A stretch of DNA of 63,521 nt, filler included, from Methanobacteriota archaeon (GCA_024860865.1; 10 parts of 10 records of this genome joined end to end with filler, not necessarily neighbours in it), one strand, 5' to 3'. Counted from the first letter of the whole stretch, positions 39,739-50,478 are shown. Numbers and translations are program-made. Notes: generated by a model not told the origin, from the letters alone.

Positions 39739-40076
39739 AATAGATAAAGAATTTTCTCCAATAATAAAGTTTTTTAAAATAAAATAGTAAATCACGTAAG
39801 CAGCCAGCCTCAAATTTATCTTCCAATGGGACTCATATTTCTTAAAAATCAGATATTTATCGCCTCCATGAGAGTTTGGAATATTTGAATTCAAACATAA
39901 AAAATCTCGAGGTAAAAAAATTTCATTCATCAAATAACTGACGTGTTTTTTTATGAAGGATTGGAAAAACTTTGTAATAAAATTGGAATGAGTTAGGAAT
40001 GAGTTAGGAAAAACTGTTGGAAAATGCTTAATTCCATCTTAGAATCTATTTTTCTAGTAAGAACAGGGGATGTGCT

Positions 40077-40616
40077 ATGACTTTAATTGTTATTCCGATT
40101 AATGGTTCTAGACTCTCTATGAATGCTGCCAAACAAGCAATCAGTTGGGCAAAAGTTGTAAAAAAGTCAAATGATGTTGATATCGCTCTAACAGCTCTAT
40201 ATGTTGTTAATGCCGCTTTAGTTGAGCATGCAGCTAGTGCTCCAAGGGGATTTTTCGATGCTACTTTTTTGAAGGGAGAAATAACAAAGAGAGCAGAAGA
40301 TAATGCAAGAGAACATCTCGAAAAAATCAAAGAAATAGGCGAAAAAGAAGGGATTAAAGTAGAGACTAAGATTAGGTATGGAGACCCTGTGGCGGAGATA
40401 GTGAAAGAAGCTGCAGAGTCTAAAGCTTACATGATAATGATGGGTTCCCACGAAAGGACTAGTTTAAGTGAATTATTTTTTGGAAATCTAACTGAAGACG
40501 TTGCTAAAAAAGCACCTTGCCCGGTTGTAGCAATTGGTATCAGCAAATCTAAAGTTCATGTGCCTAATCTGAGGGTTTTGCCTTTTGGTTTTTCATTTAA
40601 AAACATCGAAATATGA
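40077..40616 (+). CDS. Universal stress protein
   Basis: GDPVAEI, MGSHERT, FGNLTEDV..APCPV. Confidence 0.88.
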   Translation: MTLIVIPINGSRLSMNAAKQAISWAKVVKKSNDVDIALTALYVVNAALVEHAASAPRGFFDATFLKGEITKRAEDNAREHLEKIKEIGEKEGIKVETKIRYGDPVAEIVKEAAESKAYMIMMGSHERTSLSELFFGNLTEDVAKKAPCPVVAIGISKSKVHVPNLRVLPFGFSFKNIEI

Positions 40617-40843
40617 AGGGAATAAAAATGGAAGCGAAAAATGTTGCTATATCTATTTTACTTGGTGTCGCTACTTTCACTGTGTACGTGGCAGTATTCT
40701 CTTACATCAACTTAATCAATAAAATTCTCTTAGGTAAACCAACGGCAATTGGCCTTGTTGGCATAGTTGTGATTGTAGCCTTCTTGTATGGGGTTACAGT
40801 ATCGCACGTTTTGAGATTAATTAACATAGAGCCTAAACATTAG
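40613..40843 (+). CDS. Small two-TM membrane protein
   Basis: Two hydrophobic segments; sits between USP and TauE genes. Confidence 0.7.
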   Translation: MKGIKMEAKNVAISILLGVATFTVYVAVFSYINLINKILLGKPTAIGLVGIVVIVAFLYGVTVSHVLRLINIEPKH

Positions 40844-40853
40844 GTGAATAAAA

Positions 40854-41930
40854 ATGCTTGAAGGAGTACCTGCTATAGCTAATGAAGTAATAAAATTCAT
40901 AGACATTAACACTTCATCAGTTCTAGTTCTGATCATTTTAGGTTTTATAGGTGGAACATTAAGCGGTTTTTTAGGAAGTGGGGGGGCATTCATTTTAACT
41001 CCTGGTATGATGTCTCTCGGTGTGCCTGGAATATTGGCTGTGGGTAGTAACCTAACCCACAAATTTGGAAAAGCATTAGTAGGGGCAAGAAAACACGGTG
41101 AATTAGGAAACATAGATGCAAAATTAGGACTTTCAATGATAATAGGCCTTCTCAGCGGAGTGCAAGCCGCGGTATACATAAATGAAATGATTTTCAAATC
41201 TTTAGGGAAGGCCGGCTCAGACCTATATATAAGTATAATTTTTGTGAGCGTTCTTTCTGTTTTGGCTTTATTTATACTAAAAGATGTTAGAAAAACAAAA
41301 TTAGGTAATGTAAAAGAGACTGCTAGAACAAAAATTGCAGAAAGATTTCAAAAAATTCGTATTCCCCCTATAATCAATTTCAAAGTAGCAAATACTACAG
41401 TATCCCTCTGGGTTGTGCTATTCATTGGATTAGCTACAGGATATCTTGCAGGAACAATAGGTGTTGGTGGTTTTATTGGAGTTCCAGCTATGATTTACAT
41501 GCTAGGTGTACCTACTACCATAGCTGCTGGGACGGAACTATTTTTGGCGGTATTTTCCGGAGCTTTTGGAGCTTTTTCATATGCATTAAATGGATTTGTT
41601 GATATTAGGCTAGTTCTACTTCTATATCTAGGTTCTATAGTTGGTGTACAAGTTGGAGCAATAGCAACGAAAATTGTTAATGGAACTCAGATTCGACTTG
41701 TCCTTGCAATAGTTATCGGTCTATCTGCATTAAACAGAGCGATTGCTATACCTACTTACTTGAGTGATTTAAATTATTTAACGATTAACTCCAACCTCGC
41801 TTACTTACTAAGTGTGGCCAGTTCTTTTCTATTATTCACAGGGGCAATTTCTGGGGTAATAATAATCTTCATTTCGATGAAGCAATCGCAAATGATGAAG
41901 TATACAACCATAGGGAGGACTCTCCCATGA
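40854..41930 (+). CDS. TauE/SafE (TSUP) sulfite/organosulfur exporter family protein
   Basis: SGFLGSGGAFILTP and GTIGVGGFIGVP repeats. Confidence 0.9.
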   Translation: MLEGVPAIANEVIKFIDINTSSVLVLIILGFIGGTLSGFLGSGGAFILTPGMMSLGVPGILAVGSNLTHKFGKALVGARKHGELGNIDAKLGLSMIIGLLSGVQAAVYINEMIFKSLGKAGSDLYISIIFVSVLSVLALFILKDVRKTKLGNVKETARTKIAERFQKIRIPPIINFKVANTTVSLWVVLFIGLATGYLAGTIGVGGFIGVPAMIYMLGVPTTIAAGTELFLAVFSGAFGAFSYALNGFVDIRLVLLLYLGSIVGVQVGAIATKIVNGTQIRLVLAIVIGLSALNRAIAIPTYLSDLNYLTINSNLAYLLSVASSFLLFTGAISGVIIIFISMKQSQMMKYTTIGRTLP

Positions 41931-42379
41931 AAAGTATTGAGAATAATCCTATATTAGTGGCTACGGACGGCTCAGAATACAGTGATGCGGCAGTCGCCCA
42001 TGCCGTTAAACTTGCAAGCTCTTGGGGTAAAAAACTGATTGCACTTTATGTTGCTAGTATTTCTGCAGAGGTTAGCATGCAAACAAAAATATGGGAGAAC
42101 CTTAGAGAAATTTTTATGGATGAAGGGAAAAAGGCGCTCGCTAAAGCAAAGGAGTATGCCCAAAAAGAGGGTGTAGAGATTGAAACCAGAATAGTAGAAG
42201 GTGTTCCCTGGGAGAAAATTATTGAAGTAGCTAAGGAAGAGAAAGTTGATATGATAGTAATGGGAAGTCACGGTCATACGCGCATAAAAGACTTCCTCTT
42301 AGGAAGTGTCGCTGAGAGAGTGATCGGTGGAACGCCGTGTCCAGTTGTTATAGTAAGAAAAAACGAATTAAAGAAATAA
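41927..42379 (+). CDS. Universal stress protein
   Basis: ILVATDGS, MGSHG, LLGSVAERV. Confidence 0.93.
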   Translation: MKSIENNPILVATDGSEYSDAAVAHAVKLASSWGKKLIALYVASISAEVSMQTKIWENLREIFMDEGKKALAKAKEYAQKEGVEIETRIVEGVPWEKIIEVAKEEKVDMIVMGSHGHTRIKDFLLGSVAERVIGGTPCPVVIVRKNELKK

Positions 42380-42419
42380 CAAAAGTTTAAAGAATATAAA
42401 TTTTAAAATTTTGATTTAA

Positions 42420-42976
42420 TCAGTTTTGTTTGATGGATTTATAACTTTTTGCAAGTTCTTTGTTTACCTTAACTACTTCTTCATTAAAATCCTTTAAAAT
42501 TTTTGAAACTTTCATAAGTTTTTTTATTCCTTCTGAGAATCTATTAAACTTCTAGGTGGAACAAATTTTTCATCTGGTATTTCTACACCGATAACGGTAG
42601 AATTGTGGGAAACAAAACAGTTCTTTCCTATTTTTAATTTCAGAATGACTGAATTGAAACCAATAAAAGAATTATCTCCAATCTCACAAGGTCCATGAAC
42701 TACTGCTCCATGAGCAAGACTACAATTTTTACCAATTTTCACAGATGTGCCCTTTAAAGCATGAATGATAACACAATCTTGTACATTCGATCCCTCTCCA
42801 ATTATTATTGGAAAACCCTCGTCTGCTCTTATGACTGCATTTGGGCAGATCATTACTTCTCTACCGATCCTGATATCTCCAATTATGACTGCTGTTTTAT
42901 CCACGAAAGCTGTCCTACCAACTTTTGGATTAATTCGATTTTTATTCCACGATGTAACAGGATTCTCTCTTAACAA
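42420..42976 (-). pseudogene. Gamma-class carbonic anhydrase (Cam-like) with a 1-bp frameshift near 42525
   Basis: IRADEG, NVQD..IH, LAHGAVVHGP; C-terminal helix DFNEEVVKVNKELAKSYK lies in another frame. Confidence 0.75.
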
Positions 42977-43016
42977 AAAGCTACCACTATCTAGTAGATT
43001 TAAAAAATTTAGCAGA

Positions 43017-43484
43017 TTATTCTCGAATAACAAGCACAGGGCAAGGCGCGCGTCTAGAAACTTTATCAGCAACACTGCCAATAAAAGCGCGGCTTAACCC
43101 TTTTAATCCTTTAGATCCCATCACGATAACTTCACAAAAAGTATCTTCAGCTTCTCTAATTATTTCTTCTGCAGGATTGCCTTTTCTTATCTTTGTATCT
43201 ACTCTAATTCCTTCTTTCTCTGCTTTTTCTTTTACATCACCTAGAATTTCTTCTCCTTTTTTCATTAGTGCTTGTTCTATATATTCATGAAAAGGAACTG
43301 TAGTATTATTAGTTTTAACCGGAACGGTTACTCGATGCGAGCGTATACGTGCACTGAACTCCGGGTCAATAACATATAATGCTTCTAACCTAGATCCGAA
43401 TTTTTTTGCTATTTCAATTGCATGATCCTCTGCTTTCCTCGCAGAAGGTGAGCCATCAGTCGCAAGTAGAATTTTTTTATACAA
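43017..43484 (-). CDS. Universal stress protein
   Basis: KKILLATDGS, MGSKG, GSVADKV. Confidence 0.93.
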   Translation of the reverse strand: MYKKILLATDGSPSARKAEDHAIEIAKKFGSRLEALYVIDPEFSARIRSHRVTVPVKTNNTTVPFHEYIEQALMKKGEEILGDVKEKAEKEGIRVDTKIRKGNPAEEIIREAEDTFCEVIVMGSKGLKGLSRAFIGSVADKVSRRAPCPVLVIRE

Positions 43485-43539
43485 ATCAATACCCCATCAA
43501 ATCCAATTTCTTAGCTCCTTTGATAAATTTAACTAATAC

Positions 43540-44853
43540 CTATATTATCCATATTAAAACAAATAATATATGCGAAACAGCAACAGTAAAAATCATAAAA
43601 GGCATGCCCATTCTTGTAAATTCTTTGAATGTAATTGGCTTTCCTAGTTTATCACAAATCCCGGCTACCACAACATTTGCTGATGCCCCAATTAGAGTTC
43701 CGTTGCCTCCCAAACATACTCCAAGTGCTAATGCCCACCAGAGGGGTGCTATCGGTAAACCTGTGGTTTCAGATAGTGAATAAACTAATGGGATCATAGC
43801 TGCAGTAATTGGAATGTTATCAACTATTGCGGAAGCAAAAGCCATGGTCCAAATAATCACTCCCGTAGCTAAAAGTAAATTATTCCCTACCACATTAGCA
43901 ACAGCATTTGCCATAATAGTTATCAAACCAACTTTTTCAGCTCCACCTACAACTACAAACAATCCTGCGAAAAATAATAAAACAGGCCACTCAACATGGT
44001 GAAGAAGTTCAACTATATTTGGCCTTATGCCCTTTGTGATTACAAGTAAGAATGCCGCACCAGTTAATGCAATTATACCTATGCCCAAACCGAGTTGCTT
44101 TTGAAAAATAAACATCCCAATTACTAAACCTAAAGCGAATAAACACCTCCAAAGTAAACTTTTATTAGTGATTTTTCCTTCTTCAGATAGCCCTGTTATT
44201 ACATCCGAATTGATTTTTTGTTTTATAGCGCCTCTAGATATATATCGAAATGCAGGAATTGAAGCTAGCATTACAACTATAATAATTGGAGCAAGAGTTG
44301 GCTTGCCCTGATACCATATGAAATCCATAAATGTCAAATGAGCTGCTGAAGCAATCATCACATTTGGGGGATCTCCTACTAATGTTGCTGTTCCGCCAAC
44401 ATTCGAAGCTAAAGCTTGAGTGATTAAAAATGGTGCAGGGTTAAAACCCAATATAGCCGATATTTCAATTAAGGGTGGAGTAATTAATAAAACCGTTGTG
44501 ACATTATCAATAAAAGCCGAAATTACAGCAGTAACAATCGCAAATAGAATCAGTACTTTCCACAAATCGCCTTTTGTTGTTTTTATTATCTTCACTCCTA
44601 ACCAACTAAATGCACCAGTTCTTGCTAACACAGCAACAATAATCATCATTCCTAATAAAAGTCCAATTACTTCAAAATCGATAGCCTCTATTGCTTCATC
44701 CCAAGTTAAAAATCCCAGTTTCCATCCAACCAAAAACATCAGTACAGCGCCAGTTAGAGCAGCTGTAGTTCTATGATAGATTTCAAACATGATTGCAAGG
44801 TATGTTCCTGCAAAGACCAACCCAGCAAGTAACAATGCTAAGTTTATCTCCAT
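43540..44853 (-). CDS. ArsB/NhaD (ion transporter superfamily) anion permease
   Basis: SAFIDNVTTV, NVGGTATLVGDPPN, GGNGTLIGASAN. Confidence 0.9.
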   Translation of the reverse strand: MEINLALLLAGLVFAGTYLAIMFEIYHRTTAALTGAVLMFLVGWKLGFLTWDEAIEAIDFEVIGLLLGMMIIVAVLARTGAFSWLGVKIIKTTKGDLWKVLILFAIVTAVISAFIDNVTTVLLITPPLIEISAILGFNPAPFLITQALASNVGGTATLVGDPPNVMIASAAHLTFMDFIWYQGKPTLAPIIIVVMLASIPAFRYISRGAIKQKINSDVITGLSEEGKITNKSLLWRCLFALGLVIGMFIFQKQLGLGIGIIALTGAAFLLVITKGIRPNIVELLHHVEWPVLLFFAGLFVVVGGAEKVGLITIMANAVANVVGNNLLLATGVIIWTMAFASAIVDNIPITAAMIPLVYSLSETTGLPIAPLWWALALGVCLGGNGTLIGASANVVVAGICDKLGKPITFKEFTRMGMPFMIFTVAVSHILFVLIWII

Positions 44854-44961
44854 AAATTTCANNNNNNNNNNNNNNNNNNNNNNNNNNNNNNNNNNNNNNN
44901 NNNNNTTAATTAATTAANNNNNNNNNNNNNNNNNNNNNNNNNNNNNNNNNNNNNNNNNNNN

Positions 44962-45933
44962 AATACCCAAAGTGCCAGTTTCTTTAGCTAAAATTTCAGC
45001 TAGGCTATCTCCCTTATCAAAGTCAGCTATTACCTTAACAACTAGACCTGGTCTCCCTTTTTTCATCGTACATGGAATTGCGATTGCATCTCTAGCTCCC
45101 GCGTCAATTAATTTTTGCAAAGTATGACTAATCACTTCGCCTGAAACATTATCAATATTCGTTTCAAGCACACAAACAGTATCCTGGAAAAATTTTTGCT
45201 CCATTAATTGCCCAGATACAATTCTTAAAATGTTTGGAATATTTTCAAAATCTCTCGCACCTGCGCCGTAGCCTATCTTCTCTGGTTTAAAAATAGGAAA
45301 ATCAGTAAGAAAAGCGTGAACAAAATTTTTTAAGATTGCGACTCCGGTTGGCGTAGCCAGTTCCACTTCAACAGCTCCTTTAAGGATTGGGATGCCCTTC
45401 AATAGCTCAAGTGTAATAGGTGTTGGAATGGATAGCTTTCCGTGCTTAATTTCAATTATCCCGCTTCCAACCGCTACTGGTGTGGATAAAACTTGGCTTT
45501 CAAAGAGATTTAGTTCATTAGCTGCTACAACAGCTCCCACTATATCTGCAACTGTGTCAGCAGACCCAATCTCATGCAAATGAACTCTTTCTTTTTGTGT
45601 TTTATGAACACAAGCCTCAGCTTCAGCCAATGTATCCAAAATTTTTAGCGCCAGGTTAGTTTCTTTTTCACTTAAATCAGCCTTCATTATTGCTGTTTTT
45701 AGCTCGGCATATGTGCGGCCACTATCGTTTGACTTGACATCAATGCGCGTTGAAGCTATGGTTTTCCTTAAAACTTGTTTAATTTCAACTTTAGTTGGTG
45801 AAAGATTGTTAGCAGCCTTTTCCATGGCTGATTTAACTGCCTCAGCATTCGCTCCTAAATCAACTAGCGCTCCAACTACCATATCGCCAGCAACACCGGC
45901 TGTCTGACAATCAAATAAAAAAGCTTTTGTCAT
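44962..45933 (-). CDS. larC: Nickel insertase LarC, 3' end missing
   Basis: GVAGDM, HLHEIGSADT, ELATPTG, ETNID, MKKGRPG. Confidence 0.9.
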
Positions 45934-46006
45934 AAAAGACCCGAAATCAAGAGAAAGATTTATTGTAAAGTATTTAAGATTTTATAGCAACTCAGGAGGG
46001 AGAACT

Positions 46007-46264
46007 TTGGAAAAGATATTTGCAAGCAGTTTGTCCGGGAAAATAGTATCCAGCGATAAAGGCGAAGTAATTGGCAAAGTAAATGATATTCTATTTAAGG
46101 CAGAAACTGGTGAAATCACTATGCTTTTAGTTCAACCAGATAAAGCACTCCAAGAAAAGGCCTATCCAAGAGACGAAAATGGCCTAATTACAGTTCCATT
46201 TACTGCAATCAACGCAATTGGCGAATTTGTGGTAGTCTCAGAAGAGAAGCTTCTTCGCGGCTAA
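46007..46264 (+). CDS. PRC-barrel protein (CdpB-like)
   Basis: LSGKIVSSDKG..GKVNDI...VPFTAINAIG. Confidence 0.8.
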   Translation: MEKIFASSLSGKIVSSDKGEVIGKVNDILFKAETGEITMLLVQPDKALQEKAYPRDENGLITVPFTAINAIGEFVVVSEEKLLRG

Positions 46265-47461
46265 CTACCCCCTTATTCTTCTCGCTAACTTAAACCCTTT
46301 TTTTCTGCCGCAGGCAGGGCAGCCTTTCTTCTTTAGCTCCTCGATTGTTTTAATAGATTTATCTGCCCCAATCTCAATTTCACAGCCACAACTGCACGGG
46401 TAGATTCGCAATACTGGATAAATTTGCCCGGTATAAATTGGTTTTTCATATTTTTCGGTAATTAAAGGCCTGCTATTTTTTGTCGTTTTTAATCTCGCTA
46501 AAAAAGTTGTGCCACCGATCATCTCTGCTCCTTCATAAATGTTGAAACCAGGCAATAATTCAGTTATGACTAATCCCATTTCCGTTAAAGTCTTCTGAAC
46601 CTCAAGCCGATCTTCAGGACCTTTGTGCGAGAATGCTAAATAAATGTATTTAATCCCCGGCTTCAGTCCTTCGATTCCACGGGATAGGAATAAACTAAGG
46701 CCCGGTATAGTGTATGGTGGATCCGTAAAAAATACATCAAACTGATTTTTTAGAGAATTTGGAAGTGAATTCCTTAGATCATGTTCCACCGCCTCAATTT
46801 CTAAATTTTCAGCTTTTGCAATTTTTTCAATTAACTCAAGTAATCTCTTGTCTATATCTAGAGCAACTATTCTTTCGGGAAGTCCAGTGAGTGCAGTTGG
46901 TATAGAAGTTAAATCATCATCTCCAAGAAATAGGATATTTTTTCCTTCTAAATCCCCTCTCTCAGCCATAATTGCAGTTCTAAAAACAGCTGTTTCTGGA
47001 GTTGCATAAGCTTGATCTAATAAAGTATCCGGAATTGGCCTAAGTTTAGCGATTTGTTTTTGTTTGTCCAGTATTTTTTGAAAAAATGGAGATAATTTTA
47101 TTGTACGCCCTTTACAAGCGCATGTTGTAACCTCAAATTCCGGTTTAAGTTTTAAAATTTTTCGGCCGAACTTAGAGCCATCTTCAGTTAAAACGGCGCC
47201 TTTTTCAGTCCTTTTTAAAAGCCCTGCCTTCTCTAGCTCGTCTCTAACCTCCGAAATTATCGGAAGTGGAAATTTAGTTAGCTGAGCTATCTTCCACGTG
47301 CCTATAGGCTGAAACTTTGCAATTGTTCTAAAAATCTCTCGAATGCCTTCAGCTCCTTCAGCTAACTCAACCTGATCGGCCACATAATCGAGTAACTCTT
47401 GTGTTTTAACTAATTCTTTTATTGGTCTTTTCGGTACTCCAAGTTTTCCAACTGCTTTCAC
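46265..47461 (-). CDS. bpsA: Branched-chain polyamine synthase BpsA-like, with N-terminal HTH and C-terminal Cys cluster
   Basis: LDQAYATPET, FLGDDDLTS, DIDKR, FTDPPYT. Confidence 0.82.
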   Translation of the reverse strand: MKAVGKLGVPKRPIKELVKTQELLDYVADQVELAEGAEGIREIFRTIAKFQPIGTWKIAQLTKFPLPIISEVRDELEKAGLLKRTEKGAVLTEDGSKFGRKILKLKPEFEVTTCACKGRTIKLSPFFQKILDKQKQIAKLRPIPDTLLDQAYATPETAVFRTAIMAERGDLEGKNILFLGDDDLTSIPTALTGLPERIVALDIDKRLLELIEKIAKAENLEIEAVEHDLRNSLPNSLKNQFDVFFTDPPYTIPGLSLFLSRGIEGLKPGIKYIYLAFSHKGPEDRLEVQKTLTEMGLVITELLPGFNIYEGAEMIGGTTFLARLKTTKNSRPLITEKYEKPIYTGQIYPVLRIYPCSCGCEIEIGADKSIKTIEELKKKGCPACGRKKGFKLARRIRG

Positions 47462-47811
47462 TTTCTCGGGCCTCGAAAAATTTCTTTAACTCTGACTGAT
47501 TTTGGCTTAAGATTATTTTTAAAAATTTTAAGCACTTTATGTGCGTCAAATTTCCCACACACAAAAATATCAACTGCAGCATATCCAAATTCTGGCCATG
47601 TGTGAATTGTAATATGCGAGAGTTGAAGTAATAATGCACCAGCTACACCGCGCGGTTTAAACTTATGTAAAATAGGTTTGGCAACTACTTTTAATTTGGC
47701 AGCTTTAGCAGATCTGCCCAGTATTTTTTTAATTAATTCTATATTATCAAGAAGCTCGCTTTCACAGCCTTCAAGTTCAACAATTAAATGTCTTCCAAGA
47801 ATTTTCGCCAT
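47458..47811 (-). CDS. speH: Pyruvoyl-dependent S-adenosylmethionine decarboxylase family protein
   Basis: GRHLIVEL, SHITIHTWPE, DIFVCG; LSH in place of ESH. Confidence 0.8.
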   Translation of the reverse strand: MAKILGRHLIVELEGCESELLDNIELIKKILGRSAKAAKLKVVAKPILHKFKPRGVAGALLLQLSHITIHTWPEFGYAAVDIFVCGKFDAHKVLKIFKNNLKPKSVRVKEIFRGPRK

Positions 47812-47815
47812 AATA

Positions 47816-48505
47816 TTACCAACCATAATAAAGTCGCTGAGCTAACAAAGGAGGCAATCCAGCTCTTTCAATTGCTCGGGCCGCTTCTGCTACTTGATAT
47901 TCAACTCTGACTTGCTCAATTTCAATCTTCTCATTCTCTATGTCCAATATCATAAAACTAGCTCGCGGATCATTATCGCGTGGCTGCCCTATAGCCCCAG
48001 GATTAATGACAAAGTTCCGCCCAAGTTTTCGAATAAATGGTACGTGTGTATGGCCCATCACAAGTACATTAGCCTGAGTTTGTTTTAAAAATTCTTCTAA
48101 TAATCCATCTAAAACATCAGGAAAGATATATTCCTCAATCGGGGATCTAGGGCTGCCATGCACAACATATAAAGAATATTTGTCAATCTGTCTTCGTAAG
48201 AAAGTTGGCAACTTTGAAATATAATCTAAATTTTCTTTCGTAATATGGTCTATCGTCCACTGTATTGCTTCCGCTGCAACGGGATTAAACCAAGAAGTAT
48301 CGCCAGTTACAACAGCCCACTCATGATTCCCGGTAACAGTTGGAATTCTTCTTTGCTTGATTAAGTTAACGCACTCGTTGCAGTAATTCCCATACCCAAC
48401 TATATCACCAATACAAATTATTTCATCAATGTTTCTAAGTCTTTCTAAAGCAGCCTCCAATGCAAGCAAGTTTGAATGAATGTCGGCAATAAGACCAATT
48501 TTCAT
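47816..48505 (-). CDS. Metallophosphoesterase
   Basis: DIHSN, GDIVGY, GNHE, HGSP, GHTH, GQPRD. Confidence 0.92.
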   Translation of the reverse strand: MKIGLIADIHSNLLALEAALERLRNIDEIICIGDIVGYGNYCNECVNLIKQRRIPTVTGNHEWAVVTGDTSWFNPVAAEAIQWTIDHITKENLDYISKLPTFLRRQIDKYSLYVVHGSPRSPIEEYIFPDVLDGLLEEFLKQTQANVLVMGHTHVPFIRKLGRNFVINPGAIGQPRDNDPRASFMILDIENEKIEIEQVRVEYQVAEAARAIERAGLPPLLAQRLYYGW

Positions 48506-48563
48506 GGTTATCTTTTTGGTGGTCCATGTATAAAAAATAGCAAAACTAATGTAAACCTAGTTA

Positions 48564-49298
48564 TTATTTTTCCTTCACATCGTTCCAAATATGCTTAAAA
48601 TAACTTTGATAAAGTTTTATACAACTTGGGTTTTTGTTATACAGTGCAAAAAATGAGCTCCCCGGATCTTGAGATGCTAAAATCAGCTCTTTATTATCTA
48701 GCAAAATAAAACGAGAATGATCATGTTTATAATCATGCACATCTGCGCCAATTTCATCAAATATCGCTTTACAGTAGTCATCGAACATGCCTAATGCTTT
48801 AACCTTAACACCCCTTTTAGCTGCTTTCTTTAACTCTCCCCCAATTGCTGGCGTACTTATTGGGTGCACTCCTATAATTAAAATCTCTTTTCTGGCACTG
48901 TTTATCATTTCAATAATTTTTTTCTGGATATTTTCTACTCCTCTGATGACCCACATTGCCTCTTCTGGGGGCGAATATCTCATTGTTCGATCATAGAGTG
49001 GCGCTATTGCTTTCAAGAGTTTATCAATTGCTTTTTCTCTCTCTTCAAGTTCTTTTTTTAAAACAATTTTAGGATCTATTGCCTTGTACCTTCTTGGCCT
49101 TCCGGGTTGTTGTTGAACAAAACCCCTCTTCTCAAGACTAGTTAGAATGTCATATTCCCGAGAATAGGGTATTCCTGCCAATTCTCTGATTCCTTTAACA
49201 GTAGATGGCCCGTTAATTGCCAGCGCCAAGTATGTTTTGGATTCATATTCCGTAAGATTAAGCAATTTTAGCTGTTCAACGAGCTTTGGGTCAATCAT
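48564..49298 (-). CDS. TrmB-family transcription regulator
   Basis: LTEYESKTY, IPYSREYDIL..L. Confidence 0.9.
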   Translation of the reverse strand: MIDPKLVEQLKLLNLTEYESKTYLALAINGPSTVKGIRELAGIPYSREYDILTSLEKRGFVQQQPGRPRRYKAIDPKIVLKKELEEREKAIDKLLKAIAPLYDRTMRYSPPEEAMWVIRGVENIQKKIIEMINSARKEILIIGVHPISTPAIGGELKKAAKRGVKVKALGMFDDYCKAIFDEIGADVHDYKHDHSRFILLDNKELILASQDPGSSFFALYNKNPSCIKLYQSYFKHIWNDVKEK

Positions 49299-49398
49299 AT
49301 ATGTTATATTTTTATCATTAAATATTTAAGTTAATTTACTTTAAATCAAGTAAATAATTTATATTTGATAATATGTTAAAACTTTTGTGAGTGCAAAT

Positions 49399-49674
49399 AT
49401 GTCTGAAATAACAGCAGCTCTATCACTTGAGTGCCGCGGAATGCACTGCCCATTGCCCGTAGTACAAATGAAAATAGGATTGTCAAGAATTAATGTAGGA
49501 GAAATATTGGAGATTATTGCCACAGATCCTGCCACAGAAAAGGATATCCCACCAGCAGCCAGAGCTCTTAGTGCAGAGATAGTGAAACAAGAAAAAGTAA
49601 GCAAAATTTGGGTATCTAAGACCGGAGAGAAATACAATATAGAATATCGCTATTATATTAGGAGGTTGAAGTAA
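49399..49674 (+). CDS. tusA: TusA sulfur carrier
   Basis: CRGMHCPLP, ATDP..DIP. Confidence 0.88.
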   Translation: MSEITAALSLECRGMHCPLPVVQMKIGLSRINVGEILEIIATDPATEKDIPPAARALSAEIVKQEKVSKIWVSKTGEKYNIEYRYYIRRLK

Positions 49675-50153
49675 TGGCTGAAGAAAAAAAGAATAAAATG
49701 TGTATTATCTGCAGTAAAGGTACTCTAGATATGGCTTACCCTCCCTTCATGTTAGCAACTGCTGCAGCTGGCATGGGATGGGAAGTGCACTTGTTCTTTA
49801 CACTTTGGGGAATAAATCTCATAAAAAAAGGAGGTGCAGAAGCTCTTAAAATAACGCCTGTTGGAAAACCGGAAATGCCAATGCCAATGCCGAACATCCT
49901 TGCTATAATTCCTGGAATGACACCAATGGCAACCAGTATGATGAAGGGACAAATTAAGAAGAGCGGCATCGCAACAATTCCAGAATTATTAAAACTTACA
50001 AAGGAAATGGGGGGCCATTTTCATGCTTGCGAGCCAAGCATGGCTATGTTTAAACTTAAACGAGAAGACCTAATAGCTGAAGTAGAAGATATAATTGGTG
50101 TTGCAGGTTTTTTAGAACTCGCAGCTGATGCCAATATAACGCTATTCGTCTAG
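49674..50153 (+). CDS. DsrE/DrsH-like (DsrE2-type) sulfur-relay protein
   Basis: SKGTLDMAYPP, FFTLWG, ACEPSM. Confidence 0.88.
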   Translation: MAEEKKNKMCIICSKGTLDMAYPPFMLATAAAGMGWEVHLFFTLWGINLIKKGGAEALKITPVGKPEMPMPMPNILAIIPGMTPMATSMMKGQIKKSGIATIPELLKLTKEMGGHFHACEPSMAMFKLKREDLIAEVEDIIGVAGFLELAADANITLFV

Positions 50154-50478
50154 TCAACATATTCCAAGGAGTTTATTAACTGCTTCTAAAACTCCTTGCC
50201 CATAACTTCCTTTAGTTACCAAATCAGCAACTTTTTTTGTTTTTTCATCAGCATTTCCAACAGCAATCCCAAATCCAGAAACTCTTAACATATCAATATC
50301 ATTTTCAGAATCCCCAATCGCCGCGATTTCCTTAACATTAATTTTCATTAACTCAGCTACTTTTTGCAAAGCTTTTCCTTTCCCAATGTTTGGATCTTTA
50401 ATGTGGATTGCAAATCCTGTATCAATTGCTTCGAGCCCGAACAATTGGCTCTCTCTATGGATTATACTTACATCCACT
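50154..50478 (-). CDS. HAD phosphatase (phosphoglycolate phosphatase-like), 5' end missing
   Basis: TGFAIHI, KGKAL, IGDSENDIDM. Confidence 0.85.
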
